64,000 bases of DNA, taken from NCBI GenBank assembly GCA_041476045.1, contig JBGOSQ010000001.1, forward strand, positions 8,846 to 72,845, given 5' to 3'. The translations under genes were made by a program, and so were the position numbers. Below, piece after piece: positions 18,324 to 28,577 of this stretch. Position 1 is the first letter of the stretch. The number at the start of each line of letters is the position of its first letter. The DNA comes from Thermoplasmata archaeon. GTDB taxonomy: Archaea; Thermoplasmatota; Thermoplasmata; Lutacidiplasmatales; UBA184. Under the pieces are notes generated by a model. That model was not told where the DNA came from and searched no databases. It worked only from the letters and a program-made list of their open reading frames with translations.

Positions 18324-20723
18324 TCAGGGCCGGCTCGCCGCGGATCCGCGGCCCCGCCATCGCCGGGAGGCGTCGTCGAGCTCCCGCGGGTCGACGCCCG
18401 GGCCGAGCAGACGTTCGAATCCCGCCCGCCCCACCTCCCAGTAGGTCCCCTGCTCGTCGCGATCGGAACGGAGCAGGACCCCTTCCTCGCGCAAGCGCCG
18501 GCCGAGCGACCGTACCTCTTCGCCCGGCGGATCGAAGATCGCGCGGAGTTCGTCGAGGAGGATCCGGACCGCAACGCCGTTCTCCGAGTCCAGGATCTCG
18601 GACCAGATCGCGAGGATCATCGTGCGCAAGACCGGCACCAGCCCCGGTCGGAGGCCGGTTTCGGTAGTCGTGGCGCCAATGCTCGCGGGAACGGCAGCGG
18701 TCTCGATCGCCGAACGAGGGAGAAACCGGGAGGCGGCGTCGCGCACTGCCTCGAAGCGTGAGTCCCGATCGTCCGGCGCCCGTTCGACCGGCGGATCGGT
18801 CCGGACGACGAGGACGCGTTCTCCCTTCCCCAGCAACGCGATGGCGTGGCCTGGGGGTTGTGACCAGAACGCTTCGGGGCGGAGCCGCGGGAGCATCCGG
18901 CCGAGGTCTCGAGCATCCGTCGGGGACCCGCGGAACACGAGGAAGTCCGCCACGTTCGTCTGCACGGCCATCCGGACCGCCTCCGGCAGACTGTCGAGCG
19001 ACTGGGTGGCCATCCAGACGTGCAGGTTCGCCCGCCTACCGAGACGGAGCATCTCCGCGACGGAGTCGTGGGCGTACCACTGCACCTCGTCCAAGATGAG
19101 AAAGGTCTTGCTCGCATCCGGCGACGCGAGTCGCTCGCTCCAGAACAGCGCGAGGTACACCGCGAGCAGGTAGCGAGCGGCGTCCTCGCCGACGATCGCG
19201 GCGTCGCCGGTGAGAACGGTGATGCGCCCCGGGGCGAACATCTCCGCTACCCGGAACCGCGCCGTCGGATCGCCGAGCATCGAGCGGAGGACCGCTCGAT
19301 CGACGAGCTCGGCGAGCAGCCGGCGGCTTCCGTCGACCTCCTCGGGACGCTCGCGGACCCGCGCCGCCAGCTCCTCGAACGCCTCGAGGGCCTCGTCGGG
19401 GACGCCGACCGGACGACGGGACGCCGTCGTGAGAAGACGGGGGAGGTCGGCGAGCGTGGCCCCTGGGAGGAGCGCCGCGGCGCGCAGCGTCGCCCGAACG
19501 GTTTCCTCGATACGGGGGCCCCAGAACGCCGTCTCCGTGAACCGTCCGGCGCGGATCCGTCGCAGCGCCGATACGAGATCGCTCACGCACCGGTCGGCGG
19601 AGGCCGGGGTCCGACCCGAGCTGCGCAGGGCGGCCAAGAGGTCCAACGCCACCGGGCTCGAATGAGGAGAGATCCAGACGACGTTCGCGACGTGTCGGGC
19701 CGGAAGGGAGGCGAGGAAGGCCCGACCGGTGTCCCCGACCGGATCGAACAGCACGACGTTGCCGGAGCCGAGCGAGGACCGGGCGAGCCGGATCAGGACC
19801 GAGCTCTTGCCCATTCCGGTCTCTCCCAGCACGATCGCGTGACGCCCCTGACCGGGCGCGACGGGGAGCTCCGCGAGGTTCCCGGCCGAGTCGCGTCCGA
19901 ACGCGATGGGACGGCCGCCGGCCGCCGGCGAACGCGGTTCGGACACGTACCATGTGGATGGAGAGGGGAGCACACCGAGGATCTCCGGCTCGCTGAGCAG
20001 GAATATCGGAGGGGGAAGGGCGAGAAGAGGGAAGGGTCGTCGGAACCGAACGCGGCCCCGGCTTCCCCGAGCGGAGGCGAGGGCGACGACGGAGCACCAT
20101 CGGTCCGTGTCGGTAACGCGGATGCGGGGATCGGTCACATCGACGACCAGTTCCGTGGCCCACGTGGGCGCGAGGCGTGCCTCCGCATCGAGGTCGCGAG
20201 CTTCTCGCTCCGGCCCGGTGAGGTTCTGAAGACGAAAGCCCGGCGGCTGACGGCGGCCCTCGAGCTCGGGAGATTGTTCCCCTATGAGGATCGGTGTTCC
20301 TGCGGGACGCGAGCGCCATCTCGTTCGCAGGCCCGGCGGGAACGTCGGAAGGGCTGCCACGGCGGCATCGGTCCACGAACCTCGCTCTCCTCCCCCGAGC
20401 AGGAGGATCCCTCCGGTCGATACGCCGTAGCGGGGTGCTCCGACACCGAGCGCGTCCTCGACATCGACGGTCCGGGGTCGCCACTGGCCCAGCTCGAACG
20501 CCGGCGACAGAAGCCGCGAGATCCACTGACGGCTCGCGGGGTCCCCGCCCCGCAGGACCACCTCGGCTCCCGGACCGGAGGACCAGCGGAGCTCGAAGGC
20601 GACCCCCATCGCATGCCCGGCGCGCAGGGCGTTCGGCCGGGCTGCGGCCCCGTCCGTCTCGAGCTCTTTGGCGGAACCGATACGGGGCGAGAAGACCCAC
20701 TCGGTCGTGGATTGGGAGCTCAC
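18324..20723 (-). CDS. HerA/FtsK/VirD4-like P-loop ATPase with possible C-terminal winged helix
   Basis: HAIVLGETGMGKS, LFDPVGD, FWGPR, LILDEVQ, MATQS, NVADFLVFR; start uncertain (GTG 20723 or TTG 20813). Confidence 0.8.
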   Translation of the reverse strand: MSSQSTTEWVFSPRIGSAKELETDGAAARPNALRAGHAMGVAFELRWSSGPGAEVVLRGGDPASRQWISRLLSPAFELGQWRPRTVDVEDALGVGAPRYGVSTGGILLLGGGERGSWTDAAVAALPTFPPGLRTRWRSRPAGTPILIGEQSPELEGRRQPPGFRLQNLTGPEREARDLDAEARLAPTWATELVVDVTDPRIRVTDTDRWCSVVALASARGSRGRVRFRRPFPLLALPPPIFLLSEPEILGVLPSPSTWYVSEPRSPAAGGRPIAFGRDSAGNLAELPVAPGQGRHAIVLGETGMGKSSVLIRLARSSLGSGNVVLFDPVGDTGRAFLASLPARHVANVVWISPHSSPVALDLLAALRSSGRTPASADRCVSDLVSALRRIRAGRFTETAFWGPRIEETVRATLRAAALLPGATLADLPRLLTTASRRPVGVPDEALEAFEELAARVRERPEEVDGSRRLLAELVDRAVLRSMLGDPTARFRVAEMFAPGRITVLTGDAAIVGEDAARYLLAVYLALFWSERLASPDASKTFLILDEVQWYAHDSVAEMLRLGRRANLHVWMATQSLDSLPEAVRMAVQTNVADFLVFRGSPTDARDLGRMLPRLRPEAFWSQPPGHAIALLGKGERVLVVRTDPPVERAPDDRDSRFEAVRDAASRFLPRSAIETAAVPASIGATTTETGLRPGLVPVLRTMILAIWSEILDSENGVAVRILLDELRAIFDPPGEEVRSLGRRLREEGVLLRSDRDEQGTYWEVGRAGFERLLGPGVDPRELDDASRRWRGRGSAASRP

Positions 20724-20851
20724 GCGGCGGGCACGGAGCCCTCGCCCGAGTTCATTGTCGACCCCGTGAGCGATGAACGCTGGCGGTAGTCGTCCGACCT
20801 TCGCCACCCTCAAGTAGGAAGGCTCTTCCCTTTCGCCCTGGGTGAGCTGCC

Positions 20852-21970
20852 GTGTCGTCCCTCGAGGAGCAGATCACTGCGGTCGAGGACGAGATCCGCA
20901 ATACCCAGTACAATAAGGCGACCCAGCACCACATCGGTCGGCTTCGCGCTAAGCTTGCCTACTTGCGGATCGAGCGCGAGAAGCGGGCCGCTGGCAAGGG
21001 CGGCGGTACCGGTTACGCGGTTCGAAAGTCCGGGCACGCCACCGTCGGACTGGTCGGGTATCCCTCGGTCGGAAAGTCCACGCTTCTCACCCAGCTCACC
21101 GGAGTGGCGAGCGAGGCGGGAGCGTACGACTTCACGACGCTCTCGATCATCCCGGGCATGATGCGCTGGGGCGGTGCGTCGATCCAGATCCTCGACATGC
21201 CCGGGCTCGTGCCCGGCGCCGCCAAGGGCCGGGGCCGCGGACGCGAGGTCCTTTCCGTCGTACGATCGGCGGACCTGGTGATCTTCCTGATCGATCCGGA
21301 GCACTCGGACTTCAAGGCGCTCTACAACGAGCTCGAAGGCGCCGGCGTCCGCATCAATACCCGCCCGCCGAAGATCGTCATCACGCACGCCGAACGAGGG
21401 GGCCTCACCATTTCGAGCACGGTCCGGCTCACCCACCTGGGTGGTGGCCTCGCCGTCCAGATCGCTCGCGAGTTCGGCGTCCACAACGGCTCGATCGTCT
21501 TCCGCGAGGACGCGACAGCGGAGCAACTGATCGATGCCCTCGCCGGCAACCGGGTCTACCTCAAGGCGATCCTCGGGGTGAACAAGAGCGAGCTCTTCCC
21601 CGCCGACGGTCGGACGCGCGTCCGGGCACAGGTGCGGCCGTTCACGCCGCTGTTCATCTCCGCGCGCACCCGCGAGGGACTCCCGGAGCTCATTCGGGCT
21701 ATCGGGGAGACGCTTGCGTTCATCCGGATCTACGTCAAGCCGCCAGGCCTGCCCCCCGATCGCGAGGAGCCCGTGATCTTGCGACGGGGGCAGCGCGTGG
21801 ACGATCTCCTGAAGCGTCTTCCTACCGAGTTGGACCACGCGTTCAAGTCGGCCCAGATCTGGGGACCGAGCGCGCGCTTTCCCGGTCAGACCGTCGGCCG
21901 CGACCACGTCCTCGCCGACGAGGATGTCGTGACCGTCGTCATCCAGCGCGGGGCGCGCGTCGCGGCGTAG
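20852..21970 (+). CDS. DRG/OBG-family GTPase with TGS domain
   Basis: YNKATQHHIGRLRAKLA, GYPSVGKST, YDFTT, DMPGL, NKSE, C-terminal TGS. Confidence 0.95.
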   Translation: MSSLEEQITAVEDEIRNTQYNKATQHHIGRLRAKLAYLRIEREKRAAGKGGGTGYAVRKSGHATVGLVGYPSVGKSTLLTQLTGVASEAGAYDFTTLSIIPGMMRWGGASIQILDMPGLVPGAAKGRGRGREVLSVVRSADLVIFLIDPEHSDFKALYNELEGAGVRINTRPPKIVITHAERGGLTISSTVRLTHLGGGLAVQIAREFGVHNGSIVFREDATAEQLIDALAGNRVYLKAILGVNKSELFPADGRTRVRAQVRPFTPLFISARTREGLPELIRAIGETLAFIRIYVKPPGLPPDREEPVILRRGQRVDDLLKRLPTELDHAFKSAQIWGPSARFPGQTVGRDHVLADEDVVTVVIQRGARVAA

Positions 21971-22700
21971 TCGACGGCCCCGACGGCTCGGACCGGAAGA
22001 GCCGTCGGACCGGCGCCCCGGCGAGGAGGAAGTGTCGCTTGTGGAACGGCTCCAACCCGATCGGGTGATCGACCTCGAGGAATCGCGAGAGCGACGCGAC
22101 CGCCGCCTCGAGGTGCTCGCGCGGATCGCGTTCGCGACCCATGCTTGCGGTCTTGAGCGCGAGCAGGACCGTCCCGTCCGGTCGGAGGAACCGGCGGGCG
22201 TTCGCCTCGAGGATCTCCACCTGGTCCGGCTGGGATACGTCCGCGTAGATCGCGTCGACCGCCCGCACGTCGCCCGCATAATCCTCGGGGTGGCGCGCGT
22301 CCGCGAACAGGGGCAGGACGTTGGGGTAGCGCTCGGCCAGCCCGAGGAGCCGGGCGAACGGTCGCAGGCTCCGCTCGACGGCGTAGACCCGACCCCGGTC
22401 CCCGACGAGATCCGCGATGTGCGACGCCGTGGTCCCGCTCGCGGCGCCGAGGTAGAGCCATCGGTCGCCCGGTCGGGGGAGCCGCCCGTCGTACCCGCGG
22501 ACGAGCGCAGCGGCGAGCTTGCTCCGACCGGGCTCCCACCGACGGAGCGTCGTCTCGCCGTCGTCGATCCAACGTTCGCCGTACACCGGCGCGTCGCCGG
22601 TGACGACCGTCGCGGTGAAGAAGACCGCTCGACGGTCCTCGTCGCGGCGGAAGAGTCGGGGCGCGTCCGGTACCGGTCGGAATCCCTTTCCCTCCCTCAT
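21939..22700 (-). CDS. flpA: Fibrillarin-like rRNA/tRNA 2'-O-methyltransferase
   Basis: VYGE, RSKLAAA, LYLGAASGTTASH, DVSQPDQ, LEPFHKRH. Confidence 0.95.
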   Translation of the reverse strand: MREGKGFRPVPDAPRLFRRDEDRRAVFFTATVVTGDAPVYGERWIDDGETTLRRWEPGRSKLAAALVRGYDGRLPRPGDRWLYLGAASGTTASHIADLVGDRGRVYAVERSLRPFARLLGLAERYPNVLPLFADARHPEDYAGDVRAVDAIYADVSQPDQVEILEANARRFLRPDGTVLLALKTASMGRERDPREHLEAAVASLSRFLEVDHPIGLEPFHKRHFLLAGAPVRRLFRSEPSGPSTTPRRAPRAG

Positions 22701-23614
22701 CGCCGTCGCCTCAGTCGCTCGATCCGTCGATCGCGCCGCAGGACGAGAAGGTCACCGAGATCGCGATGCGTGAGCGCGTCGGCACGCGCGGCGATCACGG
22801 CGAGAGCGGCCAAGCTCCGCGCATAGCGTCCCTGGCGGTCGCGCGGGACGTCGGCCATCCGCGACGCTCGGAAGAGGAGGCCGAACCGCGGGCCTCGACC
22901 CCCGCCGGGCCGTCGTCGCGATCCGATGATCTGCAGCCGAGAGGCCGTGACGCGCGCGAGCGCGGCCCTACTTCCCGTGGCGGCGACCAGCCGCGCCGCA
23001 ACGCGCGGGCCGACCAGCCGCCCCAAATTCGGAACGGTGCGGGTGACGAGGAGTTCGAGGCGCGCGAACAGCCGTTCGTGGTGCTCGCCGATGGTCGCGC
23101 GCTCGACGGCCCAGTCCCGCGAGTACTCCGCGAGAGGCCCGGAGGCCGCAGAGAGGAACTGCTCGGCCGCTCCCGACTCGCGGTTCACGGAACGTTCGAC
23201 CCGTTCCTCCTCGCGGGCGAGCGCGATCAGGGCCTCCTCGTCCGAGGCGAGCGCCTCCTGGACCCGCTGGCGCGCGAGGCCGATCAGGAATCGGCGCTCG
23301 ACATCGGGGGCGATCGCGGGCACGTTCGCGAGCGCGCTTCGTTCCTCCTCGAGGGTGGGAACGCGAACAGAGAGCCCCACCCGCTCCAGGGCGGCGCGCA
23401 GATCCGGGTCCACGCAGGCGATGGACCCCCCCGGCGACGTTCCCGTGCGAACGACACGGACCAGCTCGACCGGGAGCCCGTCGGCGTACTTGCGGCCCAC
23501 CCGGGTCGCCGCCCCCTCCGGAGTGTCGGCGAGAGCGAACGTGGCGACGGGGGGGCCGCCGGACTCCACGCGATAGACCGAGGGTCCCGCGCGCACCAGG
23601 ACGGCGCCGACCAC
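22697..23614 (-). CDS. Nop5 (Nop56/58)-like C/D RNP protein, divergent and short
   Basis: PNLGRLVGPRVAARLV, ASRLQIIG, GRYARSLAA..VIAARAD; coupled to fibrillarin. Confidence 0.8.
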   Translation of the reverse strand: MVGAVLVRAGPSVYRVESGGPPVATFALADTPEGAATRVGRKYADGLPVELVRVVRTGTSPGGSIACVDPDLRAALERVGLSVRVPTLEEERSALANVPAIAPDVERRFLIGLARQRVQEALASDEEALIALAREEERVERSVNRESGAAEQFLSAASGPLAEYSRDWAVERATIGEHHERLFARLELLVTRTVPNLGRLVGPRVAARLVAATGSRAALARVTASRLQIIGSRRRPGGGRGPRFGLLFRASRMADVPRDRQGRYARSLAALAVIAARADALTHRDLGDLLVLRRDRRIERLRRRR

Positions 23615-23617
23615 CCG

Positions 23618-25024
23618 CTAGAACTCCTCGAGCGACCTCTGGAAACGGCGGTGCTCTTCGGGCACCTCGACGGGGTACCGGCCCGAGAGGCACCCCATGC
23701 AGAGGTGCTCTTCCTTGATCCCGATCGAGGCGACGAGCCCGGCGGTCGAGAGGTAGTGGACGGAGTCCGCGCCGATCGTCTGTGCGACCTCCTCTTCCGT
23801 GCGCCCGGCGGCGACGAGCTGCTTTCTATCCTTCATGTCGATCCCGAAGTAGCAGGGGGCCACGATCGGCGGGCAGCCGATCCGGACATCGACGCGCGTC
23901 GCGCCGGCGCCGCGCACCATCACGACGATCTCCCGTAGCGTCGTGCCGCGGACGATGGAATCGTCGAGGAGCACGACGCGCCGGCCCTTGAGGAGGCCGG
24001 GAACCGGGTGGAGCTTCACGCGCACCTCTTCCTCTCGGCGCTTCTGGTCGGGGAGGATGAAGGTGCGCTCGACGAACCGGTTCTTGATCAGCCCCTCAGC
24101 GTACGGGATCCCCGAGACCTCGGAGAAGCCGAGCGCCTGGGGACGCGACGAGTCCGGGACCGGCATCACCACATCGGCCTGGACGGGGCTCTCGCGCGCG
24201 AGCTGCTGGCCGATCCGGTGGCGCACGTCGTAGATCGCCTTCCCCTCCATGACCGAGTCGGGGCGGGAGAAGTAGACGAACTCGAACATGCAATGCGCGC
24301 GCTCGCCCGTGACGGGCATCGAGGAGGTGTGCGCGAGCTGCCCCTTCTCGAGGACGACGACCTCGCCGGGGTTGACGTCGCGGAGCAGGTGGTCGCCCAT
24401 GAGCTCGATAGCGATCGACTCGCTCGCCACGGCGACGCCCGAGTCGAGGGTTCCCAGCACGAGCGGGCGAATCCCCATCGGATCGCGGAACGCGATCACG
24501 CGGCTCCCCACGACCATCACGACAGCGTAGCCGCCGATGAGCTCGGTCGACGCGCGTCGCACCGCGGCCTCGATGTCCCGCGTTCGGCCGTACTCGACCG
24601 CGATCATCTGGGCCATCGTCTCCGAGTCCGCGCTGCCGAGGAACTCGACCCCCTGCGACTGGAGGCGGCGCCGGACGCGCTCGTAGTTCACGATGTCGCC
24701 GTTGTGGGCGAGCGCTCCCTCCTCGTCGCGGAGTTTCACCAGGAGCGGCTGGGCGTTCTCGAGATCGGAGCTGCCCGTCGTCGAGTAGCGCGTGTGGCCG
24801 ATCCCGACGCTCCCGCGGAGCGAGTCCAGGATCTCGGTCGAGAAGATGTCGTGGACGAGCCCCATCCCCTTCCGATGATGGAGGACCCCATGCGAGCTCG
24901 TCGCGATGCCCGCGGACTCCTGTCCGCGGTGCTGGAGCGCCCGAAGTCCCCGATAGATGTACGGGGCCGCGCCCTTCGCGTTGACCGATACCCCCACGAC
25001 GCCGCAGAACTCGCGTGGGGGCAT
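23618..25024 (-). CDS. purF: Amidophosphoribosyltransferase
   Basis: CGVVG, LQHRGQESAG, GHTRYST, VPDS, LLDDSIVRGTT, PCYFGID. Confidence 0.97.
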   Translation of the reverse strand: MPPREFCGVVGVSVNAKGAAPYIYRGLRALQHRGQESAGIATSSHGVLHHRKGMGLVHDIFSTEILDSLRGSVGIGHTRYSTTGSSDLENAQPLLVKLRDEEGALAHNGDIVNYERVRRRLQSQGVEFLGSADSETMAQMIAVEYGRTRDIEAAVRRASTELIGGYAVVMVVGSRVIAFRDPMGIRPLVLGTLDSGVAVASESIAIELMGDHLLRDVNPGEVVVLEKGQLAHTSSMPVTGERAHCMFEFVYFSRPDSVMEGKAIYDVRHRIGQQLARESPVQADVVMPVPDSSRPQALGFSEVSGIPYAEGLIKNRFVERTFILPDQKRREEEVRVKLHPVPGLLKGRRVVLLDDSIVRGTTLREIVVMVRGAGATRVDVRIGCPPIVAPCYFGIDMKDRKQLVAAGRTEEEVAQTIGADSVHYLSTAGLVASIGIKEEHLCMGCLSGRYPVEVPEEHRRFQRSLEEF

Positions 25025-25101
25025 GACTCGGGCCGGTCGGGGCCTCCGGCCCGAGTCACCTTGTAATGGGTTTTAAGGACGCGCCTGCCGGTGGCGTCGA
25101 G

Positions 25102-25416
25102 TTAACCGAAGAGCGCCGAAAGTCCCTCGGCCGCCTCTTCCTCGGAGACGCCCTTCTCTTCCTTCTTCTCCTCTTCCTTCTTCTCGCCCTTGCCTTCCTT
25201 CTTCTCGGCCGGAGCAGCGGCCGCGGCGGGAGCCGCGAACGTCTCGGCCTTTGCGAGGACGTCCGTCAGGTTGACGCCCTCCAAGGAGGCGAGGAGCGCC
25301 TTCACGCGCGCGGTGTCCGTCTTGACCCCAGCGGCGTTCAGAACGCCCGTCAGTCCCTTCTCGTCGATCGGCTTGCCGGCGGCATTGAGCAACAGCGCCC
25401 CATACACGTATTCCAT
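25102..25416 (-). CDS. rpl12: 50S ribosomal protein P1 (L12)
   Basis: [10 protein letters not shown]; Ala/Glu-rich hinge; GLSALFG end. Confidence 0.97.
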   Translation of the reverse strand: MEYVYGALLLNAAGKPIDEKGLTGVLNAAGVKTDTARVKALLASLEGVNLTDVLAKAETFAAPAAAAAPAEKKEGKGEKKEEEKKEEKGVSEEEAAEGLSALFG

Positions 25417-25447
25417 GGTGTTCCCTCCGTTATTCTCGGGTGGACGT

Positions 25448-26305
25448 TCAGGTCTCCAGGCTCTTCAACGCCATCGCCTCGCGCAGGGCGCGGGCGAGGA
25501 GCGGGGTGATCGTTTCCTTGGTCGCGTACCCGGCGGCCACGGCGAGCGCGAGGGCGCGTCGGTGGGCGCGCGTCACGAGCAGTGGGAGCGTCATCGGGGT
25601 CGCGTAGCCGATCTCGAGCGCGAGACCCAGGGCGCGGCGGTGGGCCGCCGCGATCTGGGCGCGGCGCGAATCCAGATCGACGGAGAGGATCGAGGGCGGG
25701 TAGAACGTGCCCCCCTCGACGACGGCGCGAAGCTCGAGGCCCACCTCGAGGGGGAGGATATCGAGGCGCGTGAGCAGGCCGGCGACCTCGCGCGAGATCG
25801 GCTGGCCCGCCTTGACGATCGTGACGTCCTTCTTGAGGACGACCTTCCCCTTCTCGATCGCCGCGGGGAACCCCGCGTGCTGGAGCTCGCCGACGATGGG
25901 GCCGGGTTTGAAGCTCGTCGTCTGCGCCGGGACGAAGATGTCCTTGGGCGCGAGCTCGCCGCCCCGGGCGGGGGTGGGCGACCGGGTCCGGTAGAGCTCC
26001 TGGAAGAGGCTGAACGGATTCCCCTCGGCGGCGAGGAGCGCGGTCTGATCGTTGAGATGTTCCAGGAGGGGCGCGAGGGAGGGCGACTCCTGGGCGGCGC
26101 CCTCGAGGGCGTGCCGGAGCGCGCTGTTGGGGACGACGAGGATCGGGTGTCCTCGGCTTCGGAGCTCGCGTCGCATCTTCTGCAACGCGCTCGCCGGAAC
26201 GCCGCGCAACCCGATGAGGGCCGTCATCGGTGCGGCGAGAACGGTCGCGCGCAACTGCCGGACGCGCTCCTTCTTCTCCTCACGGACCGACTCGCGACCG
26301 GGCAT
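25448..26305 (-). CDS. rplP0: 50S ribosomal protein P0 (L10)
   Basis: [33 protein letters not shown]; lies between L1 and L12. Confidence 0.93.
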   Translation of the reverse strand: MPGRESVREEKKERVRQLRATVLAAPMTALIGLRGVPASALQKMRRELRSRGHPILVVPNSALRHALEGAAQESPSLAPLLEHLNDQTALLAAEGNPFSLFQELYRTRSPTPARGGELAPKDIFVPAQTTSFKPGPIVGELQHAGFPAAIEKGKVVLKKDVTIVKAGQPISREVAGLLTRLDILPLEVGLELRAVVEGGTFYPPSILSVDLDSRRAQIAAAHRRALGLALEIGYATPMTLPLLVTRAHRRALALAVAAGYATKETITPLLARALREAMALKSLET

Positions 26306-26320
26306 GCTCGTTACCGTCCT

Positions 26321-26959
26321 TTACCAGAGGCGGACCGAGGGTCCCATCGAGGTCTTCACGTACACGGATTCGATGTTGAGCTTGCCGCGCTCGAGCTTGC
26401 CGACGATACGGGTCAGCACCGCGTCGACGTTCTGGGCGATCTGGTCCGGCGGCATCGAACGCATGCCGACGGCGGCGTGGAAGGTGCGGTTGCCCTTCGA
26501 CCGGACGCGGATGGATTTCTTGAGGGCGTTGATGAGGCTCGTGGGATCGCTCCCCGGCGGCACGGGGCGCGGCATCTTCCCGCGCGGACCGAGCACGACG
26601 CCGAGCCGCTTTCCGATCGTCGGCATGAGCGGGGCCTCGGCCAGGAAGAAGTCGATCTCGCTCACCAGCTTCTTCGCTGCCTTCTTGTCCTTCATGAGCT
26701 CGTCGAGGTCCGCCGTCGTGAAGACGCGGTCGGCGACGCCCTTGACGCGCTGGCAAAGCTCGGGACTTCCGAAGAGGGCGATCTTCACCGGACGACCGCG
26801 GCCGTTCGGCAGCGGCACCTCGTCCTCGAGCCGGTTCTTGGGGATGCTCAGATCGAGATCCTTGAGGTTGATCGCGAGCTCGACGCTCTCGGTGAACCCC
26901 CGGGGGGGAGCCTTCCCGACGAGCTCGTTGACCACGTCGATCGCCGTGCGTTCCGCCAT
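26321..26959 (-). CDS. rpl1: 50S ribosomal protein L1
   Basis: FTESVELAINLKDLDL, LGPRGKMP, VYVKTSMGP. Confidence 0.96.
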   Translation of the reverse strand: MAERTAIDVVNELVGKAPPRGFTESVELAINLKDLDLSIPKNRLEDEVPLPNGRGRPVKIALFGSPELCQRVKGVADRVFTTADLDELMKDKKAAKKLVSEIDFFLAEAPLMPTIGKRLGVVLGPRGKMPRPVPPGSDPTSLINALKKSIRVRSKGNRTFHAAVGMRSMPPDQIAQNVDAVLTRIVGKLERGKLNIESVYVKTSMGPSVRLW

Positions 26960-27122
26960 CGTTGACGACCCAAGCGCGGCCGCCGAGCAGGCACCCGTAG
27001 ATAAAGCTTGAGGAACTCTGGGACGCGTTCCCACCGCCGAGCGGCGGCGAAGATTCTCGTGCGGGTTCGAGCACGAAAATCTGCCCTTAAGCCTATATAC
27101 GTAACCCGGTTCGGCGGCCCGA

Positions 27123-27407
27123 ATGCACTACCCCAAGGTCGTCTCGACCTACTGTCCGAAGTGCCGGACCCACACGGCGCACGAGGTCGAGAAGAGCAAG
27201 AAGCGGCCCGCGTCGGAGCTCAAGTGGGGCCAGCGCCGGTTCCGTCGTGCGACCTCCGGATACGGCGGCTTCCCGAGGCCTAAGCCCGAGGGCCGGGCGA
27301 AGGCGGTGCGCCGGGTCTGGCTCAAGTACCGCTGCAAGAAGTGCAAGTTCACGGTCCAACCCGCCAGCTGGCGCGCGAGCCAGCTCGAGCTCGTGGAGCA
27401 CCGGTAA
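27123..27407 (+). CDS. rpl44e: 50S ribosomal protein L44e
   Basis: TYCPKCRTHT, WGQRRFRR..GYGGFPRP, RCKKC. Confidence 0.95.
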   Translation: MHYPKVVSTYCPKCRTHTAHEVEKSKKRPASELKWGQRRFRRATSGYGGFPRPKPEGRAKAVRRVWLKYRCKKCKFTVQPASWRASQLELVEHR

Positions 27408-27414
27408 CCGGACC

Positions 27415-27591
27415 ATGCGCGAAGCAGTACCCTTCTGGATCGTCAAGTGCCCGGACTGTTCCGGCGAGCAGACGATCTTCAGCCGGCCCGCCACGACCGT
27501 GAACTGTTCGGTCTGCGGGGCCACGCTCGCGACGCCGACCGGCGGCAAGGCCGCCCTCCGCGGCGAGTTCGTCCGCGCGGCGTCGGACTAG
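27415..27591 (+). CDS. rps27e: 30S ribosomal protein S27e
   Basis: VKCPDCSGEQTIFS...CSVCGATLATPTGGKA. Confidence 0.95.
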   Translation: MREAVPFWIVKCPDCSGEQTIFSRPATTVNCSVCGATLATPTGGKAALRGEFVRAASD

Positions 27592-27610
27592 CGCGGAGGA
27601 TTGCGGGAAC

Positions 27611-28387
27611 GTGTCGCTCCGGGGAGAGTACCCGGACGAGGGGGACCTCGTCGTCGGGACCGTCACCTCGATCCGCAATTTCGGTGCGTTCGTCACGCTC
27701 GACCAGTTCGCCAACCGGGAAGCGTTCATTCACCTGAGCGAGGTCGCGACCGGCTGGGTCAAGTACATCCGGGACCACATCCGCGAGGGTCAGAAGATCG
27801 TCGCGCGCGTCCTGCGCGTCGACCCCGCGAAGAGCCAGATCGATCTCTCGCTCAAGCGCATCAACGACCACCAGCGCCGCGAGATGATCCAGTCGTGGAA
27901 GAACGAGCAGCGCGCGATCCGTCTCCTCGGCCTGGTCGCCCAGGCGCTCAAGATCGAGGCCGACGCGACGCACCCGATGTTCGCCGAATCTCTCGTCGAG
28001 AAGTACGGCAGCCTCTTCGGCGCGTTCGAGGCGGCGTCGGCGGACCCGAAGAAGTTCCAGAAGGAGCACGGCAAGGCGCCGTGGGTCGCTCCGTTCCTCA
28101 AGATCGCGGAGGAGAACCTGGTCCCCCCGCATGTCGGGATCACGGGAACCCTCGAGGTCTCCGACACGTCGGTCCACGGATTGGAGCACGTCCGCGACGC
28201 GCTCCGCGCCGCCGAGGCCGTCGACCCGGAATCCGTGACGGTCCAGTACGTCGGCGCTCCGCGATACCGCGTCACGGTGGCGGGGGCGCAGTACAAGCAC
28301 GTCGAGGAGCTCCTCAAGAAGGCCTCCGAGGCCGCGCTGGCCAAGATCAAAGAGGCCGGCGGCCACGGGTCCTTCGAGCGCGCATGA
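27611..28387 (+). CDS. eif2a: Translation initiation factor aIF-2 alpha
   Basis: S1 domain YPDEGDLVVGTV, IHLSEVATGWVKYIRD, IDLSLKR, YVGAPRYR. Confidence 0.96.
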   Translation: MSLRGEYPDEGDLVVGTVTSIRNFGAFVTLDQFANREAFIHLSEVATGWVKYIRDHIREGQKIVARVLRVDPAKSQIDLSLKRINDHQRREMIQSWKNEQRAIRLLGLVAQALKIEADATHPMFAESLVEKYGSLFGAFEAASADPKKFQKEHGKAPWVAPFLKIAEENLVPPHVGITGTLEVSDTSVHGLEHVRDALRAAEAVDPESVTVQYVGAPRYRVTVAGAQYKHVEELLKKASEAALAKIKEAGGHGSFERA

Positions 28388-28569
28388 GCGAGACGCTGCT
28401 GCACGTCTGCCGCGCCTGCGAGCGCTACACGCTCCAAATAAAGTGCCCGAACTGCCACCAACCGACCCGCTCCCCCCACCCAGCGCGCTTTTCTCCTCAG
28501 GACCGTTACGGGGAGTACCGACGACGATTGTACGCGAGCCAGCGCACGACCGCCTCCGGTAGTAGCTAG
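28384..28569 (+). CDS. nop10: H/ACA RNP protein Nop10
   Basis: CRACERYTL..KCPNC, PHPARFSPQDRYGEYRR; ATGA overlap with aIF2a. Confidence 0.93.
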   Translation: MSETLLHVCRACERYTLQIKCPNCHQPTRSPHPARFSPQDRYGEYRRRLYASQRTTASGSS

Positions 28570-28577
28570 GAGAACTA

